Of a stretch of DNA of 64,000 bases, positions 37,044-46,723 are shown piece by piece. Source of the stretch: an archaeon (lineage in GTDB: Archaea > Nanobdellota > Nanobdellia > Pacearchaeales > GW2011-AR1); the NCBI GenBank assembly GCA_021107855.1, contig JAIORZ010000006.1, forward strand, positions 32,480 through 96,479, given 5' to 3'. The notes beneath the pieces were generated by a model that saw only the letters and a program-made list of their open reading frames with translations, was not told where the DNA came from and did not search any database. The translations under genes and the position numbers were made by a program. Position 1 is the stretch's first letter. Each line of letters begins with the position of its first letter.

Positions 37044-37829
37044 TTACTCTAGTTCTACATAAAAGTAATATGTTGTTGTGGATGTGTCTGTCCCGTGTCC
37101 ATCTTCTAGGACTAGCATTTCGAAGTCGTGGGTTCTCCCATCAAAACCTAAAACATCTTCGTCGATTAAAGAGGTGAAAATTACGCTTTGAGTTGTTGGT
37201 TCATAGAGTAAGACTTCTTCGAATTTGTCGTTTTCTCCCATTCCTGCGTTGCTGAATACTCTTGTGCTTCGGCATTCACCTTCTGAGAACTCAAAATTGC
37301 TTGTGTAAAATAAATCGTGTGTACCTGCTCCCAATAAGGTGAATGTTTCGTTTATCCCGTCTACGTCGTCGGGTTCTATCCCGAAAAGTGCTTCTAGTTG
37401 TGTTAGATTCGTTCCATGTTGTGATGTTGTCCCGCCATTTCCAGATTCATCGGATAGAGTTCCGTCGGACGAGTAGTTTAGACACTGGATATTTTCCCAT
37501 GAGATTGAGGAGCTTGTAGACGCGTAGATTTCACCCTCTGGGGAGGCTAGTGTCCAGTTGTACATTTGGTTGTCATCAGCATCTGCCAATTGTATTGTAC
37601 CTGTTACGTTACCGAAATAACCTTGCCATGATTGGGTTGTCGAGAATCCGTTGATGTTTATTTCGGTTACGTTTCCGGCTAGGGCCTCGATTGATTCGGC
37701 GGCGTCTGGCGTTGCTCTTGTTGAACTGACTTCGGTGTAATTTGCTCCGAATGGTTGGACTGCCAGAACTAGGGAGACTTGGAAAATTATTAGTGAGAGT
37801 ATAATTAATTTAATATGTTGTAACGTCAT
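37044..37829 (-). CDS. secreted subunit, family B
   Basis: Close paralog of 18277 (AVQPFGANYTEV...YYFYVELE) with a loop insertion. Confidence 0.9.
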   Translation of the reverse strand: MTLQHIKLIILSLIIFQVSLVLAVQPFGANYTEVSSTRATPDAAESIEALAGNVTEININGFSTTQSWQGYFGNVTGTIQLADADDNQMYNWTLASPEGEIYASTSSSISWENIQCLNYSSDGTLSDESGNGGTTSQHGTNLTQLEALFGIEPDDVDGINETFTLLGAGTHDLFYTSNFEFSEGECRSTRVFSNAGMGENDKFEEVLLYEPTTQSVIFTSLIDEDVLGFDGRTHDFEMLVLEDGHGTDTSTTTYYFYVELE

Positions 37830-38680
37830 TTGATTCCTTCCATGATAACTTTTAGTTGGTCGATGTCTTTTGAGAAACTGGTTTTCTTTTTGAGTTCGCT
37901 TAGTGAGTTGATGTATGTTTGTAGTTTTCTTACGAGTTTATCTAGTTCGGTTTTTTCTGCCAGGTTTGTGATTTTGTTTTTGACGAAGCTTACGTCCTTT
38001 GTGTTTTGTTCTATCGATGCTCTGGAGTCTTGAACTTCGGCTTTGAATGCATCCAAATCTTGGATTCGGGTTCGCATTTCGGTGTAGATTGTTTGGACTT
38101 TGTCTGTTTGTGTGTTTATTCGTCCTTCGGCTTTTTTGATTTCAATCAATTCGGTTTTTACTTCTTCCGCAAGTTTTATTACCTCTTCTACTCCTCTGAA
38201 AAATTCTACTTTCTTTCGGGTTTCTCGAAGTTCTTCCATAATTCGGTTCATAATCGCCTCGTTTCCTTCGAGGTTTGCTTTTAGAGCTTCAATTTTTACC
38301 TCTTGTTTCTGTACTTCTGTCATTAATTTCTCGGGTTGAACTGATGAGACGAGGTCTGAGGATTTTACGGCTTTTAGTTCGACTTCTTGGATTGTTCGGT
38401 CACGTTCTAATATCATGGAACGGAGTTCTCCTATTTGTTCTGAAATTCTTGTGAATCTTTCTGAGGATGAGGCTCTGACTTCTTTGAATGCTTCCTGTCC
38501 TGCTTTGAGTTTTTCTATTTCGGTTTTGAGCTTTACTACGTCGGAAGATGCTCCTTTGGAGACTTCTACTGGTGGTGCGGTTTCTTTTTTGGGTTCGGCT
38601 GACTCGGTTGTTTCTGCTGGGGCTCCCTCTACTTTTGTTTCCGTTTCTCCCTCTTTTTTCTTTTTTAAGAAATCAAGCAT
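37826..38680 (-). CDS. cytoplasmic coiled-coil protein
   Basis: MLDFLKKKK start, low-complexity linker, long heptad-rich region. Confidence 0.8.
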   Translation of the reverse strand: MLDFLKKKKEGETETKVEGAPAETTESAEPKKETAPPVEVSKGASSDVVKLKTEIEKLKAGQEAFKEVRASSSERFTRISEQIGELRSMILERDRTIQEVELKAVKSSDLVSSVQPEKLMTEVQKQEVKIEALKANLEGNEAIMNRIMEELRETRKKVEFFRGVEEVIKLAEEVKTELIEIKKAEGRINTQTDKVQTIYTEMRTRIQDLDAFKAEVQDSRASIEQNTKDVSFVKNKITNLAEKTELDKLVRKLQTYINSLSELKKKTSFSKDIDQLKVIMEGIK

Positions 38681-38994
38681 TTTATTTCCTCTTCTATTTC
38701 TTTAATGAGTTTTTGGAGCATTTTATAATCTCGTTTTTTGTATGTTGATTTAAAAATTTTGATTTTGGATGGTAATAATATCAATTTTGATTCCGCAATC
38801 ATCGCCTTTCTTTTTTCAATTTCCCGCACTTTAGACTCTAATTCTAAGAGTTTTAGGTCTAATTTTGAAGCTACGAGATATTTTAAACTTTCTGTTTTGT
38901 CCTCGTAGTTTTGTAATTTTCGGACTTTTTTATAATGTTTTTTATCTATAATCTTTTTAGAGATTCTTCTTATTTTTTTGAATTCTTTTTTCAT
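38665..38994 (-). CDS. small basic helical hypothetical protein
   Basis: Overlaps both neighbours in the operon. Confidence 0.7.
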   Translation of the reverse strand: MKKEFKKIRRISKKIIDKKHYKKVRKLQNYEDKTESLKYLVASKLDLKLLELESKVREIEKRKAMIAESKLILLPSKIKIFKSTYKKRDYKMLQKLIKEIEEEIKCLIS

Positions 38995-41900
38995 TTTTTG
39001 GGTTTAGGTTTAGGGGTTTTATCTTTTTTGGCTGTGGTTTTCAATTGTTCTATCATTTCTGCTTTGTCTATTATCGGCTTTATTTTTGCTGCTAGTTCTG
39101 GGGAAAGTTCTTTAAGCCATTCTGAGATTTCGTTTTTCTGTTTATTAACGTGGAGTTTGAATATTTCGTCGTCTAGAGTTGGGAGAAGGTCTTTTAGTTC
39201 TCCTAATGTGGAGAGCATGGCGCCGTTGTCTAGAGTAAGTGCGTTGAGTTGTTTGTCGTCGATGTTTTCTGATTTCTTTTCCATTACTTTGTCTTCGGCT
39301 TTTTGCACTTTTTCTTTTGCTTCTACTTTTGCTCTTTCTCCTTTTGCTTCGGCCACTGATTTTTTAATTTCAGCCAAATCTGCTAATTCAATTTCTTTCT
39401 TCTTCGGCTTCTTCCCTAATTTCTCCCATTGTTTTACGATTCGTGGAGTTAGTCCTTCTAGGTAGATATCAACTACTGAGAAATTTCCTACCATGATTTT
39501 GTCTTTGACGAGTTTTAGTTCCATTTTTAAATCGAAGACATCTATTTTTAGTTCTTCCAATTGTTTGACTTGATATTCTAGGTCGTCGACTTGGTCGTTG
39601 TATTTGTTGTATTTTTCTAATTCCTCGTCGGAGAGTCTTCTTGTATTGTGGAGAATTGGTCGGAAGTTGATAAAATAGGGTAGACCTTTATTGTATTCTG
39701 CGTTTTGGAACATTGCTACTCCTACTTCTGATTTTACTAGAGATTTTAGGAAGCCCTCTCCGTATTTTGATTTTATTCTTTCTAGGTCTCCTTCTTCTAC
39801 GGTACGGGTTTGGATTTCAGTATTGATGTTTGCTTTTATTTCTCCGACGAAATCGCCCATTACCTGAGAAATTAATACTTGGCCTAGTCCCCACTTTCGG
39901 AATTCTCGGCATCCTCTTTCAATTTGGAGAAATCCTTCGCCTGTTCCGCCAAATTTTGGTAGAAGTCTGTGAACTTCGTCGAAGACTATAAGTGTTTTTA
40001 GGGTTGGGGATTCTTTTGGGTCGGATTTGAATATTTGTCGGATGACGTTTGCTACGAATATGTCCATGTCTTTTGGTTGGAGTTTGTTTAGGGTGAAAAT
40101 TTGGATGTGTCCTGGTTCGAAGTATTTGTTTATGTCGATGATTTGCCTTGCATCTTTTACGGCTCGAATGTTTCCTGGAAATCCTCTGGCGTCTGAGGCT
40201 TTCATTTTGAATTTCGGGTAGAATGACATCATTTTTTTGTCTTCGCATTTTCTTAATAGTCCGGACCATTGGGCTGTTGGGTCGAATACTATGACGCAGA
40301 TGTTTTTCATTAGTGCTTCTTCGATTAGGACTTGGGCGGAAATCGATTTACCCATACCGGTTGCACCTGCTACTATTGTGTGGACGGTTAGTTTGTCTAG
40401 TTCTAGGTATGCTTCTTTGGAGGTTTCGGCTATGTGTCCGAGTCGGGCTGTTCTTTCCCCTGGTCCTGGGAGTTCTGAATAATTCACTGCTACGCTGTAT
40501 CTTTTCTTTTTGTCCATTTGTCGTTTGTAGACGAAGAAGTTTAGTAGAATGAAACTTAGGAATGATATGACGGCTAGGTATAGCCATAGTGGAATTCCGA
40601 AAAAGGCGTAGAGGTAGATTGGTTGGGCGACTTTGAATGGGACGGTGACTGTTGATACTAGGTTTAGGTATTTGGCTTGAATTTTTAGATTGTATTCTCC
40701 GTTTGGTATGTCGTCTGGGAGTTTGATTTGTTCTAGGAGTGTTAGAGATGAGGCGATTTCTTCTTGGGTTTTGGCTGTGGCGTATACTTCTGAATTGTTT
40801 GCGCCTACAACTTTTGAGTCTATGTAGACTATGTAGCCTTGGTCACTTAGGAGATTTTGTAGGGTTATTTTATATTTTAGGTCTTCAGATTGTCTGGCTA
40901 TTGGGTTGAAGATGTCCGCTTTGATTAGCATTGTTTCGATTGGCATTCGTCTTTCTATTATTTCTACTGTGATTGGGACTTCTTGTTTTAGCGAGCCTGA
41001 TATTGAGAGGTTTCCTTTGTATGTGCCGATGTCGCGGATACCGTAAAAGGTTAAGGGGATTTCACCGATGGTATTTTTGGGTATTGTTAGGTGGCTTTGT
41101 TCTAGCTCTACCACATCATCTAGACTCGTTGATATTGTGATATCGATTTTCATTTCGCTTCCGAAATTATATATTCCGATGGTTTCTTCTAGGAAGGTGT
41201 TTTTTCTGATTTCTTTTTTGATTTCTTTTGTACTAATCCAATAGTCGTCTCCGTTTTTTATTGCCTCTTCTTGGATGTCAGAGAATTTATTTTCCGTGTA
41301 AGGACCTGTTTCGAAGAAGAGGTTTTCCGACGCTGGGATAACTTCTGAGAGTGTCATATTTAGTGATACTAGTGGGGGTTCGTCTGAGAAGTTTATTATG
41401 GTGAAGTTGTTGTTATATCCTGAGAGTACTGCTATGACTGTATGGTTTGTTGGTATTATTGATGGGAATATTGAGTAGTATCCGAAAAAATCTGTTTGGA
41501 CTGAGAAGCCCGCTATTGAAACTCTTGCATCGTAGAGTCCGGCGCCGGATGTATCTTTCACGTAACCTTCGATGTGTGGGACGAATAATTCGCTGATACT
41601 TGGAGTTTCCTCGTAGAGGGTTATGTTTTCTTGGAATGAATTATTTGTAAATGTTACTGTTATATTTGAAAATGCGTCGTCGTAGCCTGTTTTTTGTGTT
41701 ATTATAAAATATCCTCCTTCCGTGACCAATTCCGTAAAATTATACCATCCTAGCGTGTCTGTTTGAACTATTGTCCCGATGAATATTACCGTTGCATTTT
41801 CTATTGGATTTCCTAGTTCGTCTTTTACATATCCAGAAAGATTTACTTCTACTATGTCTCCGGGGTCTCCTCCTTCGGGGCATTCGTCGTAGGGGTCGGT

Positions 41901-42635
41901 GTAGAAATAATATGTTAATGTTGTGTTTTCTGGTGTTGGTAGCAACATCTGATAGTTGATTGTGACGTTTGGGCTGTATCCTTTTTGGATGGTTGAGATG
42001 TGGGTTACGAAAACCATATCGCCTGATCCATCTTTCATTATTCCAATGTCGAATATTACATTGTCGCCGTCCCATTTATATGTATAAGTTGATGGTATGC
42101 CTGAGATGTTTTGGGCTCCGAGCATGATTGACATATTTTGTGTGAATGTGCCGTCGGCGCAGTCTGTTCTTCCGCTACAGCTCATAAATGTATTGGCTTC
42201 TGCTACTGTTGCTGGTTCTAATGTTGCGAAATCTACTGTTGCTGATGTGGATGCATAGATTTCATTCCCGTTTGGGTCTGTGGTATCTATGCAATCAAAG
42301 AATAAATCCTGTCTTTCTATTTCCCCGTTCATGTCTATACTTATCATTTCTGAAAATCCCGCAACTTTGAGGGCTAATCCGTAGAGTCCATTCCAATAGG
42401 TTGTTGGGAATACCTTTTCTATTACGACTTCTGTGATTGAGCCGGCTTGACTGTCGATGTAGCTTGCGTATCCTGTTGCGAGGTAGTGGGATGTGAAGAG
42501 GATAAGGAATGCTGAGGTTGATAGGAGAGTTAGGAAAAGTAGGAAGAGTTCTATTTTTTTTGCTCGTTTTTCTTTGTTGATTTCGGCTAGCGCCAAGCTG
42601 TTTGCACGACTAGGATTTCTCTTTTTCCTCTTCAT
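38991..42635 (-). CDS. membrane-spanning HerA/VirB4-like (DUF87) ATPase with extracellular family B and Ig-like domains and a C-terminal DUF5752-like domain
   Basis: Walker A HTIVAGATGMGKS, IVFDP, Walker B LIVFDEVHR, REFRKWG...ISQ; preceded by a TM helix and about 620 aa of sequon-rich ectodomain. Confidence 0.9.
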   Translation of the reverse strand: MKRKKRNPSRANSLALAEINKEKRAKKIELFLLFLTLLSTSAFLILFTSHYLATGYASYIDSQAGSITEVVIEKVFPTTYWNGLYGLALKVAGFSEMISIDMNGEIERQDLFFDCIDTTDPNGNEIYASTSATVDFATLEPATVAEANTFMSCSGRTDCADGTFTQNMSIMLGAQNISGIPSTYTYKWDGDNVIFDIGIMKDGSGDMVFVTHISTIQKGYSPNVTINYQMLLPTPENTTLTYYFYTDPYDECPEGGDPGDIVEVNLSGYVKDELGNPIENATVIFIGTIVQTDTLGWYNFTELVTEGGYFIITQKTGYDDAFSNITVTFTNNSFQENITLYEETPSISELFVPHIEGYVKDTSGAGLYDARVSIAGFSVQTDFFGYYSIFPSIIPTNHTVIAVLSGYNNNFTIINFSDEPPLVSLNMTLSEVIPASENLFFETGPYTENKFSDIQEEAIKNGDDYWISTKEIKKEIRKNTFLEETIGIYNFGSEMKIDITISTSLDDVVELEQSHLTIPKNTIGEIPLTFYGIRDIGTYKGNLSISGSLKQEVPITVEIIERRMPIETMLIKADIFNPIARQSEDLKYKITLQNLLSDQGYIVYIDSKVVGANNSEVYATAKTQEEIASSLTLLEQIKLPDDIPNGEYNLKIQAKYLNLVSTVTVPFKVAQPIYLYAFFGIPLWLYLAVISFLSFILLNFFVYKRQMDKKKRYSVAVNYSELPGPGERTARLGHIAETSKEAYLELDKLTVHTIVAGATGMGKSISAQVLIEEALMKNICVIVFDPTAQWSGLLRKCEDKKMMSFYPKFKMKASDARGFPGNIRAVKDARQIIDINKYFEPGHIQIFTLNKLQPKDMDIFVANVIRQIFKSDPKESPTLKTLIVFDEVHRLLPKFGGTGEGFLQIERGCREFRKWGLGQVLISQVMGDFVGEIKANINTEIQTRTVEEGDLERIKSKYGEGFLKSLVKSEVGVAMFQNAEYNKGLPYFINFRPILHNTRRLSDEELEKYNKYNDQVDDLEYQVKQLEELKIDVFDLKMELKLVKDKIMVGNFSVVDIYLEGLTPRIVKQWEKLGKKPKKKEIELADLAEIKKSVAEAKGERAKVEAKEKVQKAEDKVMEKKSENIDDKQLNALTLDNGAMLSTLGELKDLLPTLDDEIFKLHVNKQKNEISEWLKELSPELAAKIKPIIDKAEMIEQLKTTAKKDKTPKPKPKK

Positions 42636-42742
42636 GGTAGGATATGTTTTGGGAAATTAATAAACCTTGTTGTGGACGATAAATTAATGGGTGAGGCGAA
42701 AGGTATATATAATAATTTGAGTTTTTATTGGCAGAGGATTAG

Positions 42743-43459
42743 ATGGGATTTTTAAAAAAGAGCAAGGCACCTGATGAGTTACCCGATTTAGCGTTGGATA
42801 CTCCTGCTAAAAGTTCGGTGAAGCCGACTAAGGTTGTCGAGCCTGTTGTGGAGGAGAAGCCGATTGAACCTGTTGTTGCGGAGAAGCCAATTGAGCCTGT
42901 TGAACCTGTTGTTGCGGCGGTTGTTCCGGAAACTCCACCAATAGATTCTAAACCGCATCATAAAGAAGTTAAGAAAGTTGTGAAGAATGATTCTTCGAAA
43001 ATTGTAGCTCATGGCGAGAAGATGAAAAGCAAACATGAGGATATTAAGAAGCAGATTAGTGAGCATGTTGACAAAGGGGATGGGGTTTTGCAGGACGGTT
43101 TTTTTGATAAGATTTTGGAGGATGTGAATGAGGACATAGGGGATTTGGATAAGTTGGGGGAGTGGTATGAGAAGAAATTTTTGCGGCAGGATGTTGTGTC
43201 GGATATGAAGGGATATTGGGAAGGGAATAAGGAGGATATTCTTATTCAGAGTTTTGGGGCGAAGTATAAGAAAGAGATTAATGAGAGGATTAAGATTTTG
43301 CAGAAGCTCGAGGGGGATTGGCGTGATATTTATTTTAAGTTGATTAAGAAAGAAGAGGAGATGAAAAAGGAGGAGCGGGAGTTGAAGGATACATTGAGTG
43401 AATTTGTGGGTTTGTGTAAAGGGAGAAAAACTGATGAAAAGAAAACGAAGAAAAAATAG
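42743..43459 (+). CDS. hypothetical protein: DELPDL motif, Pro/Glu/Val linker, C-terminal coiled coil
   Basis: Divergent from the ATPase gene; short VEP/EKPIEPVV repeats. Confidence 0.75.
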   Translation: MGFLKKSKAPDELPDLALDTPAKSSVKPTKVVEPVVEEKPIEPVVAEKPIEPVEPVVAAVVPETPPIDSKPHHKEVKKVVKNDSSKIVAHGEKMKSKHEDIKKQISEHVDKGDGVLQDGFFDKILEDVNEDIGDLDKLGEWYEKKFLRQDVVSDMKGYWEGNKEDILIQSFGAKYKKEINERIKILQKLEGDWRDIYFKLIKKEEEMKKEERELKDTLSEFVGLCKGRKTDEKKTKKK

Positions 43460-43751
43460 TTTGAAATCTGTTCGTTTGCTTTTTGGTGTTGGAATTTTTT
43501 TGGTGTTGGTTTTGATTGGTTTGATTTTGAGTAATTTTGGGGTATTTGATAGTCCGAATGAGGTGCAAGTTTTTTCTCTTGAGGATAAGTGTGCTCTTGT
43601 TATGGGGAATTTGATTCATCAGGTTCGTGATACGGGTGAATGCCATGTTAAATGTGTGAATGAATGCAAGATTAGGGAGCTGAATTTTGACCATGTGGAG
43701 TTTGTTGCGCATGATGTTTCTTGTAATGATTGCGACTGTTATTGTAATTAA
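43434..43751 (+). CDS. small membrane-anchored Cys-rich protein
   Basis: Basic N-terminus, TM helix, CxxxCxxxC...CxxCxCxC. Confidence 0.75.
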   Translation: MKRKRRKNSLKSVRLLFGVGIFLVLVLIGLILSNFGVFDSPNEVQVFSLEDKCALVMGNLIHQVRDTGECHVKCVNECKIRELNFDHVEFVAHDVSCNDCDCYCN

Positions 43752-43752
43752 G

Positions 43753-44370
43753 ATGAGTGAAATTGACGATAATTATGTGCAGAGGGGAGAGGATTCTGAT
43801 TTGAAATTTTTTGAGGAGATGAAAAATGGGGCGGAGAGGAAGGTGGCTGTTGAGAAATTTTTGGGAAGGTCTGGTAAGTCTCGGAGGGAATTTGAGGCGG
43901 ATTATGCGAAATTTTTGCGGAAGGAAAAGAGGAGGGTTTCGATTGTGAAAAAAAAGAAGGACAAAAAGGTTAAGTTTGATAGGTTGAAGGCGTGGCATTT
44001 TGATTTTAGGTTTGGGTTTTTTGAGAGGAAGAAGATGAAGGTTGATGTTTTGTGGTTTAATTTCGTGAGGAAATTTTGGAAGTATTGGAATCTGATTATT
44101 CCGAAATGGGCATTTTATGTTTATTATAAAGTTACTGGTTTTATTAAGAATGTTTTTGTCGAGACGAAAGATTTTATTTGGGATGCGACTTTTTGGGCAA
44201 AGGATTTTGTTATGGGGGTTTTGGGTGGAGCTTGGTTTTTGATGAAGAAAGGTTATCGTATGCTTTCTGTTGTTCTTGGAAAGATTATGTTTTGGAGGAA
44301 GAAGAAAGTTGTGGTGGAGGGTGAGGGAGATAAGGAGAAAAAGGGAGAGGGAGATAAGGAAGGGGATTAG
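43753..44370 (+). CDS. hypothetical membrane-associated protein
   Basis: Operonic; basic/aromatic amphipathic C-terminal half. Confidence 0.65.
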   Translation: MSEIDDNYVQRGEDSDLKFFEEMKNGAERKVAVEKFLGRSGKSRREFEADYAKFLRKEKRRVSIVKKKKDKKVKFDRLKAWHFDFRFGFFERKKMKVDVLWFNFVRKFWKYWNLIIPKWAFYVYYKVTGFIKNVFVETKDFIWDATFWAKDFVMGVLGGAWFLMKKGYRMLSVVLGKIMFWRKKKVVVEGEGDKEKKGEGDKEGD

Positions 44371-44675
44371 GCTCTGAGATAGATTGTTATTGATGAATTT
44401 GTGTGGATTTCGTAGTCTTTGTTTGGTTCGATTTGGAAGTTGGTGCCGACGCCACCGAGGACGTTTATGTATCCGAATGTTTGGCCGTATTGATATGTTG
44501 TGATTGATTGGATTTGTGGGTGTTCTTCAACTAGTTGGTTTGCGTATATTATTGGGAAATTTTCTTGGATTGTGAGATTGTTTCTGCCTGGGTTTAGGCT
44601 GACGCTTAGTGGGTTTTCGGCTATTATCGTTGTTGCGGATAAAATAAGTAGGATTGCGAATAGTTTGGGCGTCAT
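44367..44675 (-). CDS. small secreted protein resembling the C-terminal repeats of the 52093 giant
   Basis: L.PG.N...A..L...GTNFQIEP..DYEI versus GTNFNITMEEGYEI. Confidence 0.7.
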   Translation of the reverse strand: MTPKLFAILLILSATTIIAENPLSVSLNPGRNNLTIQENFPIIYANQLVEEHPQIQSITTYQYGQTFGYINVLGGVGTNFQIEPNKDYEIHTNSSITIYLRA

Positions 44676-46723
44676 GTTCCTGTTGATAGGTGTTTAACTT
44701 CTTCGAATACTTTTGATTTTTGATTTTGGTTTAATCTTAGGTAATCTGATTTTAGCACATTGTATAATTCTTCGGCTTTTTCTTCTTGTCCTATTTTTTT
44801 TAGATATTTTACTTCTTCAGCTTTTTCTATGAAGCTCATTACTGTGCTGTTTTTTTGTCGTTTTCTCATGAGGGTGAGGTATACGACTAGTGAACAGGCT
44901 AGGACTATCAGGGTGGTCATCCCCATGGAGCCGGTGCCTGGAATATTTGAGAGGAAATGTCCTGTGAAAAACGGTTTGTCTTCTGCTATTTTTAGTGGGG
45001 CTACGTTGATTTCGTTTATTGAGGCTGGGTCTAGTTTTGTGTCTATTATGTATGTTATTTCTTTTGTGTCCGCTCCAAATCGGATTAGTCCGGTGCCTCC
45101 TTCGGTGTAGTCTATGTTCTTTATTTTGAGGGATTCAATTGGGATTGATGCTGGTATTTTTAGTATGATTGTTTTATCCTCTGATTTTTCTAGTGTGGAA
45201 TCTATGTAGTGTTGTATTAGGGATTTTGATTGTCTTGTCCCGTCGAGGAATGTGATTTCGAAGATGTCGATTTGGCTTTGGATTTTTACGCTGTGTTCTT
45301 CTATTAGGGTCTGGGATTCTTTTACGCTTTTGTCGATTAGGGAGGGGGTTAGTTCTGAGAAGTATTCTATGAGTGCGATTCTTAGGGATTCTTCGGTTGG
45401 TTCGATTTCTTTTCTATTTGATGATGTTGATGTGATTGTGTCTGGGATTTTCTTTTTGATGATGTTGATTTTTATTCTTGAGGAAGCGAGTCTTGAGTTT
45501 AGGATTTCGGATGTTAGGTCTTGTAGTTTGTAGTTTTCTATTTCCTTTTTTAGTGCGGTGATTTCTGATTTGGTGCTTTCTAGACTGTCGAATAGGCCTA
45601 GGGTTTTTAGGTGAGCTGTTTCTGGTTCGTTGAAGTTGTTTAGTGTTGTTTGGGCTTGTAAGGCGTCTTTTTCTAAGAGAGCAAGTTCGGTTAATGCTGC
45701 GTCGACTGTTCCCATTAGATAAGGACTTAATCCGGTTGTGGATGTTTTATTGTCTGTTCTTGATGTCGCTGTGATTTCTCTTGATAGGTCTGCGATGTTT
45801 CCGGCTGAGTCTTCTGGGGCTATTTTGTAGTAATAGGTTTTCCCGCTTGTGACGTCTGTGTCTACGTAATCTTCTTCTGTCCCGTCGATTGATTTGTAGA
45901 AATCTGTGTATCCTACGTTTGGGTCTGTTGATTTGTAGATGTTGATTGTTTCTATATCTTCGTTTTCTGGGAATACCCATTCTAATCTTATTTGTTTGTA
46001 TTCTCCGATTGCTTCGAGTGATGATATTGAGGAAGGGGCTTTTGTGTCGACGATGAATGTGTTTCCTTCTCTTATGTTTGTTCCCGTTCTTCCCTCTATG
46101 TCTGTTGCTTCGAATTTGAATGAGCCGATTTTTTCTCCTGTTGATTCTGAAATCATTAGGTATCCTTTCCAGTTTGTCCCGGACCCGTAGAGAGTGATTG
46201 GGTTGTAGATTATTCCGTCGTATGAATATGTGAGTGTTGGTGTCGTGGATGGGATTTTTGATGTGATTAGGTTTATCTCGTGTTTCCCTGAGTTTAGAGC
46301 ATCTTCTTCTGTTTCTATACCTACTATGCTTATGTCCATGGCGGAAATTAAATTACTTGTTGTGAATATCGCTTCGAGTTCGTTTCTTCCTTCTAGTGGG
46401 TTGCTTAGGTCTGATACGTTTCGACATCTTACGAAATATCTATGGACATCGGTAGAGAGATCTGTTAGGGTTTTTTTGTGGATTGTTTCGAGGTTGTCGT
46501 CGAAGAACCCTGTCATGAAATCGAATGATGTTTCTGTGCTTGTTGAGTATCGGCATCGGACTCTTTGTGTGGTTTGTATTTGTAAAACTATTGATTCGGT
46601 GTAGATTATTCCTGGGTTTTCTTGAGTTGAGTTTTGGGTTGTGTCAAAATTGAAGTTGACTGTCGTTGCTGAAGCTAGTGTTGAAAATAGTAGTAGGGTA
46701 AATATTATCATTAGTTTCTTCAT
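44672..46723 (-). CDS. membrane-anchored surface protein (Ig/FN3 domains, helical stalk, TM)
   Basis: Signal peptide; FN3-like L.W...IYKS...Y.DT.V..GKTYYYKI...D.AGN; C-terminal TM helix and cytoplasmic tail. Confidence 0.8.
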   Translation of the reverse strand: MKKLMIIFTLLLFSTLASATTVNFNFDTTQNSTQENPGIIYTESIVLQIQTTQRVRCRYSTSTETSFDFMTGFFDDNLETIHKKTLTDLSTDVHRYFVRCRNVSDLSNPLEGRNELEAIFTTSNLISAMDISIVGIETEEDALNSGKHEINLITSKIPSTTPTLTYSYDGIIYNPITLYGSGTNWKGYLMISESTGEKIGSFKFEATDIEGRTGTNIREGNTFIVDTKAPSSISSLEAIGEYKQIRLEWVFPENEDIETINIYKSTDPNVGYTDFYKSIDGTEEDYVDTDVTSGKTYYYKIAPEDSAGNIADLSREITATSRTDNKTSTTGLSPYLMGTVDAALTELALLEKDALQAQTTLNNFNEPETAHLKTLGLFDSLESTKSEITALKKEIENYKLQDLTSEILNSRLASSRIKINIIKKKIPDTITSTSSNRKEIEPTEESLRIALIEYFSELTPSLIDKSVKESQTLIEEHSVKIQSQIDIFEITFLDGTRQSKSLIQHYIDSTLEKSEDKTIILKIPASIPIESLKIKNIDYTEGGTGLIRFGADTKEITYIIDTKLDPASINEINVAPLKIAEDKPFFTGHFLSNIPGTGSMGMTTLIVLACSLVVYLTLMRKRQKNSTVMSFIEKAEEVKYLKKIGQEEKAEELYNVLKSDYLRLNQNQKSKVFEEVKHLSTGT

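Noticed and set aside
42835-42915. Short tandem DNA repeats (GAGAAGCC.ATTGA.CCTGTTG)
   Set aside because: They encode a Pro/Glu/Val linker in frame; ordinary low-complexity coding repeat.
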